Source: Octopus sinensis
Lineage: Eukaryota
Length of the DNA: 64,000 nucleotides
NCBI RefSeq assembly: GCF_006345805.1
Contig: NC_043015.1
Location: 4,526,001-4,590,000, forward strand
Direction: 5' to 3'
Shown: in pieces, positions 14,090-27,148 of the stretch
Layout: each line of letters starts with the position of its first letter
How positions within the stretch are numbered: the stretch's first letter is position 1
Translations under genes and position numbers: made by a program
Notes under the pieces: model-generated
Seen by the model: the letters and a program-made list of their open reading frames with translations, nothing else
Databases searched by the model: none
What the model was told of the DNA's origin: nothing

Positions 14090-15065
14090 ACAGAGCCTTA
14101 TGTATGTGTCCCTTGGGTATGCGTTGAGGTTTGTTGCGATATTATTATGCTTAGTGTACTGAACATTTTAGCACCGGTTTTGATAGACTTAGCATCTTCA
14201 GCGCTTGTTTCCAATACGTCTAATTCTGAGAGCTATTGTATTTGGAATTCACTTAGATTTTTCTTCACCTATTTTGTTACTACGTATGATGCTTTCTTGT
14301 TTTAATGCTTGCAGACAAGTTTTAACTTCCAGTCAATAGGGGTTTTTAGGTATGTGTCTAGGCCACTTGTGGCAAACTTCATCGTTAATTCCAGTTGTAA
14401 AATTCTACGGCCACCCTCTATTCTTGGCAGGTAAACTAGTTCTATATATGCCTTAAGGTGGTGGATTCTATGTATTGTCAACAGTTTTCCTATTTATCTC
14501 TCATTAGTACATATTGCGGTAATTGACCAATTAATGATATCGAAACTATAAGTTAGGAGAAGTATGGCTAAAGTATTGATCGCACTCAGCTCTGTCTTGA
14601 ATATTTCTCTTACATTTCGTTAACATTCTTTTCTGATCCTTTCTCTAATCATTGGATGTTTGATTCCATCACCTTCAGATACCCATAGGTACATGTAGCT
14701 CTCCGTTGGTTCTAACTCCTTTACGGCATTCTGTTGGTCAAGATAAACGTTGGAGGTTTCTGTCATTTTTCCTGTGGTAAAGGTAGCTTTTGCGCATTTA
14801 TGGAGATCCAATTTCATGCTGTCATCATTGAATTGTTCAACAATTGCTGATAAGCCCTGTAGATGTTGGTCATTTCTTGCAAAGGGCTTTAAATCATCCA
14901 TGTAAAAGAGATGATTTATACATGTATCGAACATTTTATAACCATAATGTGCATCATCGAGCAATCTCTAGAGGTAATAAGGCTAGACAAAAGAGAAGTG
15001 GTGATAGAGAGTCACCTTGGAAATTTCCACATGACATTCTTATATCTCCAGCATTGAGCGATCAA
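14090..15065 (-). mobile_element. R4/Dong-like reverse transcriptase relic
   Basis: ORF 14620-14964: INHLFYMDDLKPFARND..LDLHKCAKATFTTGK (YMDD catalytic motif); downstream AINTLAILLLTYSFDIINWS. Confidence 0.85.
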
Positions 15066-15183
15066 TTGTGACTGTTGAAATCAGCGTGTTTTCTATGATC
15101 TCATACTTACAGACAAGAAATATATATATACAAATATGTGTGTGTGTATATGTGGGTGTGTATGTGTCTGTGTGTGTGTGTAG

Positions 15184-15297
15184 TAAGCTTTGTTATAATC
15201 GATCTACCAATACGTCGATTAGTTTGTCTTTTTCTTACAATCGTTTGCACCTTAGTTATTCTTAGTGTGTCATCTCTAATATTATTATTATTATTAA

Positions 15298-15349
<52 letters not shown>

Positions 15350-15463
15350 GTCGTTGCTGCTGTTGTTATTGTCATTATCATTATTATTATCAACAACAAC
15401 ACTACCACCACCACCGCCACCACCCCCGCCACCACCACCACCACCACAACCAACAACAACAAC

Positions 15464-15495
<32 letters not shown>

Positions 15496-15665
15496 TAATA
15501 ACAACAACAACAACAATAATAATAATAATAATAATAGTAATAGTAATAGTAATAGCAATAATGATAATATTAGAGATGACACACTAAGAATAACTAATGT
15601 GCAAACGATTGTAAGAAAAAGAGAAAGTAATCGACGTATTCGTAGGTCGATTATAACAAAGATTA
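15184..15665. repeat. Fold-back: ~100-bp unique inverted arms enclosing a mirrored microsatellite core
   Basis: 15188-15280 is the reverse complement of 15568-15661 (about 4 mismatches). Inside, (TTA/TTG)n on the left faces (AAC/TAA)n on the right around an (ACC)n centre. Confidence 0.85.
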
Positions 15666-15789
15666 TGAGATGTTCCGCTATTCCTGATTGTTAAAAATTC
15701 TTGAATTTTTGCAGGTACTCGGTAACATTTGGGATTTTATCTGGAAATCAACGAAAAACTCGAAAACAGAATTAACATGATGTGGACAA

Positions 15790-16600
15790 TTTTTAGCTAA
15801 ATTCATTAAGAGTAGCACATCTCAGGGAGATGGGCTTAACCATCATTGCTTCTGGAGATACTTTTGATACACCGCATACAGAGATTACGGAAAACGATAT
15901 AAGGTTTCACTTTGAGCAGTATGGAAAAGTTCAATAACCTGCTGTATATTAATGACTTAAAGATATTTTTGAATAATGAGCATGCAAAAAAAAAAGACTT
16001 AGTTTCAACACGGCAAATATCCAATAATGATCTTGTGATGGAATTTGATAATAATAGCTGCGGTGTGCTTAATGTAAAAAAATACAATGTTTTATCATGT
16101 GATGGTGCCGAACTACCTAGCTGCGATCGGATTGGCAGAGTTACTGTGGGTGGATATAATTAACTGAATATTTTGTAGTACAACAAAATGAAGGAGGATG
16201 TCAGAGAGGAAAGCTTTAGGCGAGAATGCTTCAGGCTATCATGTTAATTATGAAAAATAGAGTCAACGGAAAGAACAAGATTATGAGCTTAAGGAAATGG
16301 ATAGAAAACCAGGAAGTAATGATAATGGCCTGCACCCTAAAAATGATGTTGATTGATTTTATATGTCGACAAAGGAGATATGATGTGGTCCCATAATACG
16401 CAAGATATGTATTGTCAATTTCAAAAGCATTAGGTTAAACAGTATATTAGAACGTTGGTTTTTGCTGTTAGAAACAAGATGGAGAATACATATTAAGTTA
16501 TGAGAACAGAGAAATCGAAGGAAAGGAAAATGGCAACAACTGGAGGTGGCTACGGATGGATTCTGGAAGGCATTGATATGCAGCGCACAGAACCATGTTT
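15790..16600 (+). mobile_element. R4/Dong-like RT relic
   Basis: ORF 15912-16163 FNNLLYINDLKIFLNNE..MEFDNNSCGVLNVKK..DGAELP aligns with INHLLFMDDLKLF..MEFGxxKC. Confidence 0.6.
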
Positions 16601-16708
16601 ACAGGACCAATTATATATATATATATACATCTAATATAGTTTAGAATTTTTCGAAAAGAATTCTATCAATGGCCAGTATATTAAAAATACCTTTTTAAGT
16701 TTAAATTT

Positions 16709-17135
16709 ATATGCAAATTGTAAACAAGGGCAAAAGAAAAAATTCTAATGCCAAATATGCCGAAGATAGACTTAAATCGTCGATAACCATATAATTCATC
16801 ACTATAAGTACGCGTATCGGAGTAACCCGACAGAAATTTCTTTAAAAATCCGTTATTATCGTATCGACCTCGATTTCAGAGTTAATTCATAAGAATTTTC
16901 TCCTCGGCAGCGATAAATACGGTAAGAAATAAATGAAATACTTACTTATACCCATGGAAGAAGCAAACAATAAGTCATGTGTACACTTAAGTACCCCAAA
17001 TATATCCAAAATAGAAACTCTGTAGCACACCCCGAGGCACGTGTGATTTCATCACGATTTCACCCCGAGACAAGTGTATTTCATTTATTTCTTTGGCATT
17101 AGAATTTTTTTTGCCCTTGTTTAAAAGTTGCATAT
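16709..17135. mobile_element. MITE-like element with ~45-bp terminal inverted repeats
   Basis: atatgcaaattgtaaacaagggcaaaagaaaaaattctaatgccaaa vs tttggcattagaattttttttgcccttgtttaaaagttgcatat, in TA context. Confidence 0.7.
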
Positions 17136-17866
17136 ATATATATATATATAAATTGCGAAATAGATAAAAGAAATATTTCAAGCCGCCCTATATCAGGAAT
17201 TTTTCCTGATATATTGAGTGTTTACAACAACAAAAGTAATCCATGTTAAATACAAATATATTCATATGTCGATAAATATTTTCCCTTAAAAAAGAAACGT
17301 AGACGGTAATTTTTCGCGATTCTTTAAGAGAAGAAAATATTTTGCTGGAATTAATCATCGATATTTGAATGTTATTTCACTGCAATGTAAAAAAAAAAGT
17401 TCTATATCTGTTGGCAGGCAAGGATCTAAAATGCATACGTCCGGTTCTTTCATGAAGCCTCAGTGTTTATTATACTAGTTCTCAAAACAAGAGGCAAAGC
17501 TACGTAAATGTGGGGAAAGAGAAACCCAGTTACCAACATTTATACGCAAGTAGATTCTATATAACTGAACACTAATACTCTAAGGGACATAATTATAGGG
17601 ACTCAAAGATATTAAGTTCTAGTGAAATATATAATATGGAAGGCGCAAAATGCAGCACTTACCAGAAGTTTTATATATAATGTGTAAAGGAAAGTGGCAT
17701 TTTTAGCGCCAACCTTTGTGATCTGAAAATGAAACGAAAATACAAAAGTAAAATCAAAATATTTATGTAAATGGTTAAATTCTTTATTTGAGGTTTTTTA
17801 CGTATTAGAACAATAACCCTGCAAACAGCAGAAGAGGTAACGATACGACAATTAAATTATTAGATA

Positions 17867-18373
17867 TCTATATATATAAAACTGTAGTTGTGTGAGTGTC
17901 TGTCCCCTTCGATTTAGATTCCTAACTACTCCCACATTTTGCGGTGCAGTTTAACCAAATTCAGGTATCTTATAGTCGTGATTCATATCGAACCCGTCTG
18001 AGTATTAGCGCGCGTCTACAATGAGTCTACGATTTTTAAAATAATTTAACATAATTTTTTATTCCATTTTAATGCATAATTTTTCGTGTGTCGATGGCGG
18101 CCGAGTTGGCGTCACACCTGCACCTGTGTTGCTTCTACCCCTTCTTCCCTCCCTCGTGAAGCTGTGGGGAAGGGAGTGTAAGGAAATCAACGTCGTGAAG
18201 CGTTGTCAAGGAGACCAACGTTCTTTTAGAACAACGACTTCATGGCTTGAAGACACCAAAACAGAAATGGCTAAGAAAGCCCGAATTGGCATCTATAAGG
18301 GAAATAACTCTCTAAAAATGGTGATATAGTTATTTCCCTTACAAACCCGAGCAACACCGGGCGATACTGCTAG
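17867..18373 (+). mobile_element. Non-autonomous Helitron
   Basis: 5' TC start (A|TCTATATATATAAAA), subterminal hairpin CCCG-agcaacac-CGGG at 18346-18361, 3' CTAG end, inserted between A and T. Confidence 0.85.
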
Positions 18374-19436
18374 TATATCTTAAAAAGGAAATGGGACATA
18401 CCGAAAAATATAATTTCTCGCAAATAATACACTAAGCAATATATTGTTGGTATTAAGTCCCGTGCCCTACTTATTCTGACAATCTGATTAATTAAGATTT
18501 ACTTCAGCAAAAGGCCACGAAGTATAGAGTTAATTGAATCAACTTCAGTATATGACAAGTAATTATTTTATTGATTCTTGTGAATGTAATGGTAATGACA
18601 TCTTTCATATCCTATTTTCGCTCCTTAAATATCGTGTATGGCACAAGAAGATTCATAAACGTGGCTGATCATTTCATATGCTTCTGTATCAGTTTCCCCG
18701 GTTTTCCGCAAATGTTTATTGGAAAGTGAGATTGTAGTTTGTCTTAGATTTATAGTAACAATATTCTAAAATTACAATTATTTCAATCATTTAAAATTAC
18801 CTCTCGTAAATAGGTCACGACAATTGTGGAATGCAGTGCGTGAATTTGTTTGTATTCGTGTGTGTGTCTATGTCTGTGTGTGTCCTTGTACACATGCACG
18901 CTTTATTCTAAATATTGTCAATGCTTCTTAGAACGATTCCGTATCAAATAAAAATCGTTCAATATTTTCTACTTGATTATCTTCATAATGATATTTGTTT
19001 AAGAAGTGGTGGGGTTCACGTATTTAGATTCGTATAGATATTAAATGTTTGCTGTTTATGGTAGCCAACGGCACACATTGAAACCTACCTGCGTCTTAAT
19101 CATTTGTACTGGTATTGTTTTAATCAGATATACTTATTTCACATACAGTATGCTTGTATGAGTATGTGCGTGCGTGCATGTATGTGTAGGGTTGTTTGAA
19201 TGTTTACGTACTTCTGCTTCTAAGTATCATTTTATGTTTGCATACTTGTTCGTAAAGCATTGCTCTCCATCTCTTTCCATATGAGCATTTATGCATTTAT
19301 AAGCTTTTACATAACTGATGCTATACCTCTGTCTGAGACAGTATATACAGTTCGTATAAAGAGTTTAAGTAATATTATACCTAGCATGTATGAATACATA
19401 CACCCCGCAAATCACGAATGTACTTAAATATGTATA

Positions 19437-19502
<66 letters not shown>

Positions 19503-19623
19503 ACAATCAAGGAACGGCCATAATAGGCCATTCACCCACTAGAAATAACAGCCAAAGCTTCAACCGCAAATAAAAATCAATTCCGTAAACAGGAGAAAAT
19601 TTAAAAAACATTTACCCTGTAAT

Positions 19624-19726
19624 TTCTTATACGATGCACCGTTTCATCTGCTGTTTAATGGTAAACTAACCTGATTAAATAAAATCAAGCCAATCTTCCA
19701 TAGGCCCTCAGATTCTTCAGTAAGAA
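19624..19726 (-). ncRNA. Type I hammerhead ribozyme
   Basis: TTCTTA-CTGAAGA-ATCTG..CAGAT-GAAA-CGGTGCATCG-TA|TAAGAA; GUA cleavage between 19630 and 19629. Confidence 0.8.
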
Positions 19727-20112
19727 TAGCCCAAGTCGGAACAGATATTTTCACGAGGCATTTCCGACCCTGCCAAGGTAATATCTGACCTAAAATTTTC
19801 AAATCATCGCACTCGCGCCAAATTTATCGGCAGCAAATAAATATAAGCCGTCGATTCCATTACGGAATTAACCAGAAAATTCATAATTAATCAATATAGG
19901 GTGGCAAAAAAAATTTTGTAGAATTTTTTTGCCACCAGCGGCCTAGTGGGAAAAAAATTAAATAGTCATAGACCATTTTTAAGTTCAACATCAACAATTA
20001 AGGAACGGCCATAATAGGCCATTCACCCACTAGAAATAACAGCCAAAGCTTCAACCGCAAATAAAAATCAATTCCGTAAACAGGAGAAAATTTAAAAAAC
20101 ATTTACCCTGTA

Positions 20113-20219
20113 ATTTCTTATACGATGCACCGTTTCATCTGCTGTTTAATGGTAAACTAACCTGATTAAATTAAATCAAGCTAATCTTCCATAGGCCCTC
20201 AGATTCTTCAGTAAGAAAT
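20113..20219 (-). ncRNA. Type I hammerhead ribozyme
   Basis: Same motif with 8-bp stem I ATTTCTTA/TAAGAAAT; cleavage between 20121 and 20120. Confidence 0.82.
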
Positions 20220-20425
20220 AGCCCAAGTCGGAACAGATATTTTCACGAGGCATTTCCGACCCTGCCAAGGTAATATCTGACCTAAAATTTTCAAATCATC
20301 GCACTCGCGCCAAATTTATCGGCAGCAAATAAATATAAGCCGTCGATGATTTGAAAATTTTAGGTCAGATATTACCTTGGCAGGGTCGGAAATGCCTCGT
20401 GAAAATATCTGTTCCGACTTGGGCT

Positions 20426-20532
20426 ATTTCTTACTGAAGAATCTGAGGGCCTATGGAAGATTGGCTTGATTTAATTTAATCAGGTTAGTTTACCATTAAA
20501 CAGCAGATGAAACGGTGCATCGTATAAGAAAT
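20426..20532 (+). ncRNA. Type I hammerhead ribozyme (in inverted arm)
   Basis: ATTTCTTA(20426-33) CTGAAGA(20434-40) ATCTG..CAGAT GAAA CGGTGCATCG TA(20524)|TAAGAAAT. Confidence 0.82.
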
Positions 20533-21149
20533 TACAGGGTAAATGTTTTTTAAATTTTCTCCTGTTTACGGAATTGATTTTTATTTGCGGTTGAAGCTTT
20601 GGCTGTTATTTCTAGTGGGTGAATGGCCTATTATGGCCGTTCCTTGATTGTTGATGTTGAACTTAAAAATGGTCTATGACTATTTAATTTTTTTCCCACT
20701 AGGCCGCTGGTGGCAAAAAAATTCTACAAAATTTTTTTTTTGCCACCCTATATTGATTAAATATATATATATATATATATTGTGTGCATAATTTTTCCTC
20801 TCTCTCTCCCACTTTCTCTTTATATACATGCACGTTTCACTTCCATCCCTCTTTTCAGACCGTTTCATGTACTTTTTACTTACACTAATCAAAATTGCAA
20901 AGCAGATATGACTCTCACTTCAATTACAAGTGTTATTTAATTTTCTAGTTTAAATCATCATATGTTTCTTGTTTTTATTCATGTCCTCTCGATACAATTA
21001 TTATTAATGCAATCAATAGCAATCATAATTTTTTTTTTTTCATTTTATTCACTAAAATTTGTTTAGCTTTCGATGCCAAATTTCAAAATCCTGTATCATG
21101 AACTTCTTACATTGTCTTTTTTTTACCTTTGCGGTTAATCCGTCAGATT

Positions 21150-22800
21150 TTATACCATAAAACAACTATCTAATCCATACATTCCGATGCTCTCAGTGAA
21201 TCATCCTTGCATCAATATTATACTATAGATTATGTCTTTGTATATATTTTCAGCAAGCTTTGTGCACCCAGCTTCCGCCTCAGGAACAAACAAAGACTAG
21301 CTTGCTTGTCTCTCGATCAAACCAGACTTCGTTAACAATATGGATATTCCAACGGTTTTTCATTCATGTTCATCTGGCAATACGTGTGTTGGACATTTAT
21401 TTCTGTTTTCTTTTCACATTCTTTCTATTTCTGCCATGAACATATTTGTCACCGTATAAGTATTTGTCTTGACTATATCAGAGATTTTCCTGCAAACAGT
21501 TTTGGTTTAATAGCACCTTATGTATAACAGGCCGAAATATTTACTTTTTGCATGTAGAACTACCAGTTATGTTAAACCTACCTCCATGTTGTGCCTGGTT
21601 AGTACATTCTGTTATTATTGCACTTGGGGAAGAAAGCCGATTCTTGGGGAGTACAATTCTAAATTCTCAGTTTAAAACTGTGACCCATCTTTCGTCCAAT
21701 TGTTAATGGCTGCATCATACTTCAATAATGTAGTCGTCTATGCATTCATTACTCGAAATATATTTATTCTATCCATTTTTGACAGCAGTACCACTCAAAA
21801 CCTTCAGAGATGCGCTTAGATACAGCACTTCATTCTTATTTCATCATTTCATTCTTTTTTACTATGACCTGATATATATACCCAGTCATATCAGTCCGTA
21901 TCATAGAAAAATTCGATGGCAATAGTATATCTTCAAGTCAGTTGGTTTTCCTTCGCTTCAGAAATATTACTTTGCATTTTTAGACCAAATTCCATTTCGT
22001 CGTTGCCGTAAATGCAATGAACTATATTCATTAACGAACTGACTTTGAACTCCTCTTTGCTATACAGATTGAGAACATCCATAAATAATAAATGACTGAC
22101 CTTTTCCTCTTTCCTTTAAACATACATACATATATCACTTATCTCAATAGCAACGTGAAAGATATTTTTCATAACACAATTAGTAAGAGACGTACTGCCG
22201 CCTTGAAAACTTCCTTCTCATTTTTCACATTCTTAGCATCTGTCCATATATCAGATCTGTCTTCTAAGTTTTCATACGTTTTCTCAAAAGATTGTTGATA
22301 TTCTTCGCAGTCGAAAGCATATTTAATCATTTCAATGATACGCGAGTTTTGCATCTTGCCATTGGTATTCCGGTAATATATGTGACTGGTAAGCTTAGGT
22401 TCATTAATTTAGAATTGTTCAACTTTCGTTTACTTATGAGTAACAGGCATTCAGTAAGCTTAGTTTTCTGTCATCAAAGCTTCTGCTCATTCGGAAAAAA
22501 ATTGTGTTATTATTAATATTTATAAACAATTCATCAATGATTATTGTGATGAGGAGCTTCAGTAATTAATCAGACTATTAGCGGATGAAGCATCATTCAA
22601 AGTGACTACTGAGCGTCAAAAAGTTATCTACCAGGTATCTTTTTCATTTCCGTTGATCAGTACATTAAGCCACACTACTACTTTCTCGAAGCAGCCTGTC
22701 AGATTGTTGTTCCAATTCCTTGATCACCATCAGGTTCAGCTGCTTTCCAATTACTCATCTTGCGACTGGATAGGCGATTAAAATCACACTTGAACTGTGT
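21150..22800 (-). mobile_element. Decayed R4/Dong-like RT
   Basis: Minus strand EKVSHLLFMDVLNLYSKEE..SLMNIVHCIYGNDEMEFGLK (~22120-21985) and LCLFLRRKLGAQSL (LYLPRKxGGRGL-like, ~21250-21300). Confidence 0.6.
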
Positions 22801-23040
22801 GTGTCAGATTAAGAGATAGTTCAGAAGAAACAGTAGGTGTATTAATGAGTATACAGAGAGAAGATAACCCAATATAGATGGGAAGAGAAAGAGAGTGATG
22901 AAGGATGTGAGAATCAGAGAGAGGTGGAGCGACCACTGAGAATCAGGTTGTGTGTCTATTGTGTCTATGCGAATGTGTTGGAAAGTGTGCGTGTCTGAGA
23001 ATGAGACAAAGAATAATAGAACGAACGAACGAACGAACGG

Positions 23041-23071
<31 letters not shown>

Positions 23072-24439
23072 CTATATAGATAATATATGACCCGTTTTAA
23101 TCATTCTTTGAGTGTGAATGTCTAAGAAGGACCACGTTTATTGCAATGCGGTACGTTATAAACCACTTTATTCCCCATAACCTTAATACATCAGATATGA
23201 AGACAGAAGAAATGGACGTTATTCTTTTGTCTCTTTTAGCTCTTTTCCTTTTGTTTTTTTTTTTGTTGTTGTTTTTTCTGTTTTGAATCGTTCGTTTCCC
23301 TTCTTCCCTTTAAACATTTCTTTTTGATTTGGAATTACTGGGATGAAACTGAAGTGATAAAATTGATACAATGTCTGGGTCACTGAATAAAGCAATCTTA
23401 CATTAGAGGACATATATATATATTGTTTTATTTTCCTTTGCTTATCGATTAAAAGATTTCTACTGTAACGGAGAAATCTTACTTGATAATTTTACTTGCG
23501 ACAGTTTTAAACGTTCGCTTTCACAATACTAAAATAAAGCTAAAACACCCACCAGCCTTTAGTGATTTTAAGATTGAAAAGGGGAGATTAAGTACGATTC
23601 TTCGATTGATCGATATTGTCTAGGCCTTATGTTCTACGTATTCGTCTATATCTAAACTTCAAATGCGATAATATTCCACAGCTATAACGAAAGCAAATTT
23701 CAAACTAGAATTTTTTACTGAAACGAAATTCCTCTTAGCTGACCATTATAAAGGCACTCCCTCGGAGGTCAGCGATATGACATATATAACGTAGATTTTT
23801 TCCATTTTGACGGGGTATGTTCTTATTACTTTCTATGGCGCTTGGAAATGATAGGAGATATCTTTTTAGCGAAATGGAATTTCGAAGAATGATGATTCGT
23901 ACCACGAACCTCAGAAACTGATTTCGGCACTATGCATTTAAAACGAGGGAAGAAACCCTTCTTTAAAAACAAATACATGTAGCATGTCACGAAACAAATT
24001 CATAAATAAGTGGTTGAAAAGTATGTTTATATTTTTTTGTTTTTTCAACGAAAATGTTTCTACCTTCGAATTAAATGCGCAGTACCCAGAAATTCGACTA
24101 GAAGTGTCCGGAGGATGAAGGGTTTAAAACATTTATCACTTTTCAATTTTTTTCTCAAAAATTCCCCCAAGAATTTCAAAGGACAACGTGAAAAAGATCT
24201 GAAAAATCTCCTTTAAAACGGAGAAAGTCCAACTTATATGTGCAACATGTCCTTACCATCTGCCGGAACTCCTCTAACTGTCCTGTAAGCTTCCATTTTA
24301 GGTAGAATATGCATAACTTATAACCCTCTTATAAACCATTACTTTTAAAATTGTTGCAGACGTTAAAGTGAATAGCTGAGGCTGACATTTGTCGCAGTAA
24401 TTGTGATCACGTACAAATTTTGTCAAAGTTGTATGCACT

Positions 24440-24525
24440 TACGTGGTGGGTGCTGAAAAGGGTATCGTGAAATGTCTGGTTTTACTTTTACCTAAATTCA
24501 GCAGCCTTTTCAGCACCCCGTCGCA
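24440..24525. mobile_element. Tiny mariner-type TIR pair (MITE-like)
   Basis: tacgtggtgggtgctgaaaag ... cttttcagcaccccgtcgca inverted ends. Confidence 0.4.
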
Positions 24526-25266
24526 AATATGAAGAACGGTGATCCAGATTTTTTAAGGTAGTGTTAACGGATTATATTTCTTGTAATGTTTTTCCCGTGG
24601 AAATTACTGTGCTTACAAGCTACTGCTTCAAGGAAATGTTCATTCACCATATAACCCTTTGAGATCACGAGAAGTTGGCAAAGCCATCATGTTACTATGT
24701 TAACAGTCTGAAATATTGATTTAAACTAAACAGAAGATGTGGTAATATCGACAAGGCCCCATATTGTATACCTGAAATATGTAACTACTGTTTGAGTCCA
24801 TAAGATCACACACATTACAATACTGACATGCATGGCAGACACTTCCCTTCATAGCAGTGAACAGCTGTCGCTTTGTCGCACATTTCTTTTATTTATATGC
24901 TGTGTTATGACTGTAGCATAATTTGAGGGTCACTGGCTCGAAGTTTTTCCTAAAACCAGATATAATTGGACAGGCCTCATAACATTGCTTACATGAAAGA
25001 ATGGTTATATTGAAAATATTTCGTGGTCTTCAATAGTAATATCGAATCCATTAATGTCAACTTCGGTTGTTCAGAGTCTTATATGACAAAGTACGTTATC
25101 GATTGCGATAATGCAGCTACAAGCTAAGGAGAAGTAATATTTATACTGTAGTGCTGTTTTAATTTGAATGGTAACAGAAACAAAAATCTTTTTCGCTAGA
25201 AATAAGAAGAGTTAAAATTTCATCTATAATATATAGCAAAGAATTCCCATTTAAGCATTCTTCAGC

Positions 25267-25480
25267 GTGGCTGTGTGGTAAGTAGCTTGCTTACCAACCA
25301 CATGGTTCCGGGTTCAGTCACACTGCGTGGCATCTTGCGCAAGTGCCTTCTACTATAATCTCGGGCCGACTAAAGCCTTGTGAGTGGATTTGGTAGACGG
25401 AAACTGAAAAAAGCCCGTCGTATATATGCACACACACACACACGCACACGCACACACACACACGCACACACATACACACA

Positions 25481-25513
<33 letters not shown>

Positions 25514-25754
25514 GTATATATATATATATTATATATATATATATATGTACGTGTGTCTGTTTGTAACCCCAACGTCGCTTGACAACCGATGCCGGTGTGT
25601 TTACGTCCCCGTAACTTAGCGGTTCGGCAAAAGAGAATTAGAGAACAAGTACTAGGCTTACGAAAAATAAATCCTGGGGTACATTGTTCGACTAAAGGCG
25701 TTGCTCCATCATGGCCACAATCAAATGACTGAAACACTTAAAAGAGTAAAAGAG
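25267..25754 (+). mobile_element. tRNA-derived SINE (family A), near full length, with internal (CA)n/(TA)n
   Basis: gtggctgtgtggtaag..ggttccgggttcagtc head; gccttgtgagtggatttggtagacggaaactg body; tgactgaaac..aaagagtaaaagag tail; colinear with 60898-61262. Confidence 0.85.
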
Positions 25755-26566
25755 ATTAATACGAAATATTTACTACACGTGTTTCCGTAAAAAAATCATT
25801 TCCTCTATGTAATCATTACGAATTTAAGGAACACAACTGAAGATTGTTAAATAAGACAATAAGAAACAGATATATTAGTTAAGATAAGGGTTTTGATTTC
25901 ATAGAAATTTGATAACTGACAGAAATCTGATTTGTATATCATAAAGTTTCATTAGATTTCACAAGGGAAATTGCATTCATCATTTTAAAACAGAACGAAA
26001 AACGCAAATATACTTAGATTAAATCAACAATAATTTGGAAGTTAATAAATATAGGAGGAGTTGACATCTTATGCAGCAAAAGATTAGTAACTATCATCTT
26101 TTAAAACATCTGCGTACAACGTATAGCCATAACATTCTAAAATATAACTTTTCATATAGTAAATCTCATTCTAAACGGGTGCAGAAATAAAATGATTTGT
26201 GCTGCCTTACGACCCCCAAAACAGCATAGACAAACAAAGCCATAACAGATGTTCATATACGTGTAATACTGTTTAAATTAAATCATTGTTGGGTATGATA
26301 TTTCTTTGTTATATCCTTGTCATCTCTGTCTATTTTTCTTTTCAATATCTATAATTTGCGAAAGAAGTCTTATACAGACAAGCAAGAAGATAATATTCTC
26401 TCAAACTTTCGGTTTAGTTACAACTATAGATGTTAAAATATCTCCCAAGTAAATGTATGTTGATGACATGTTCTGGGAAATATGTTAAATAATAAATCGA
26501 GAAAGGGTACTCAAAAAACAAGTACTTAAATTTGAAGTATTAGTTTCGAATAGAATGCGTGTTTCG

Positions 26567-26568
<2 letters not shown>

Positions 26569-26618
<50 letters not shown>

Positions 26619-26619
26619 A

Positions 26620-26686
<67 letters not shown>

Positions 26687-26770
26687 ACATACATACATAC
26701 ACTCACAAACATATGTATGGATTGATAGATATATATATATATATATATAGATATATATATATATCGATAG

Positions 26771-26812
<42 letters not shown>

Positions 26813-26871
26813 ATAGATATATACATATATATATATTGATAGATATATACATATATATATATATATTATAT

Positions 26872-26907
<36 letters not shown>

Positions 26908-26910
26908 CAT
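26569..26910. repeat. (CTAT)n and (TA)n microsatellites
   Basis: Directly visible. Confidence 0.95.
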
Positions 26911-27075
26911 AGGCGTAGTAGTGGCTGCGTGATAAGTAGCTTGCTTACTAACCACATGGCTCTGGGTTCAGTCCCACTGCGGAGCACCTTGGGCAAGTGT
27001 CTTCTACTATAGCCTCGGGTCGACCAGAGCCTTGTTCTTCGATTTGATAAACGGAAACTGAAAGAAGCCCATCAT
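26910..27075 (+). mobile_element. SINE family A, 5' half
   Basis: Matches 60898-61065. Confidence 0.8.

Positions 27076-27148
<73 letters not shown>

Larger units (their letters stand above)
19501..20760. mobile_element. Hammerhead-bearing element: 491-bp direct repeat plus 415-bp inverted copy, inside (TA)n
   Basis: 19501-19855 repeated at 19992-20347; 19887-20301 is the reverse complement of 20344-20760 (42-nt spacer); (TA)n at 19440-19500 and 20760-20780. Confidence 0.9.
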
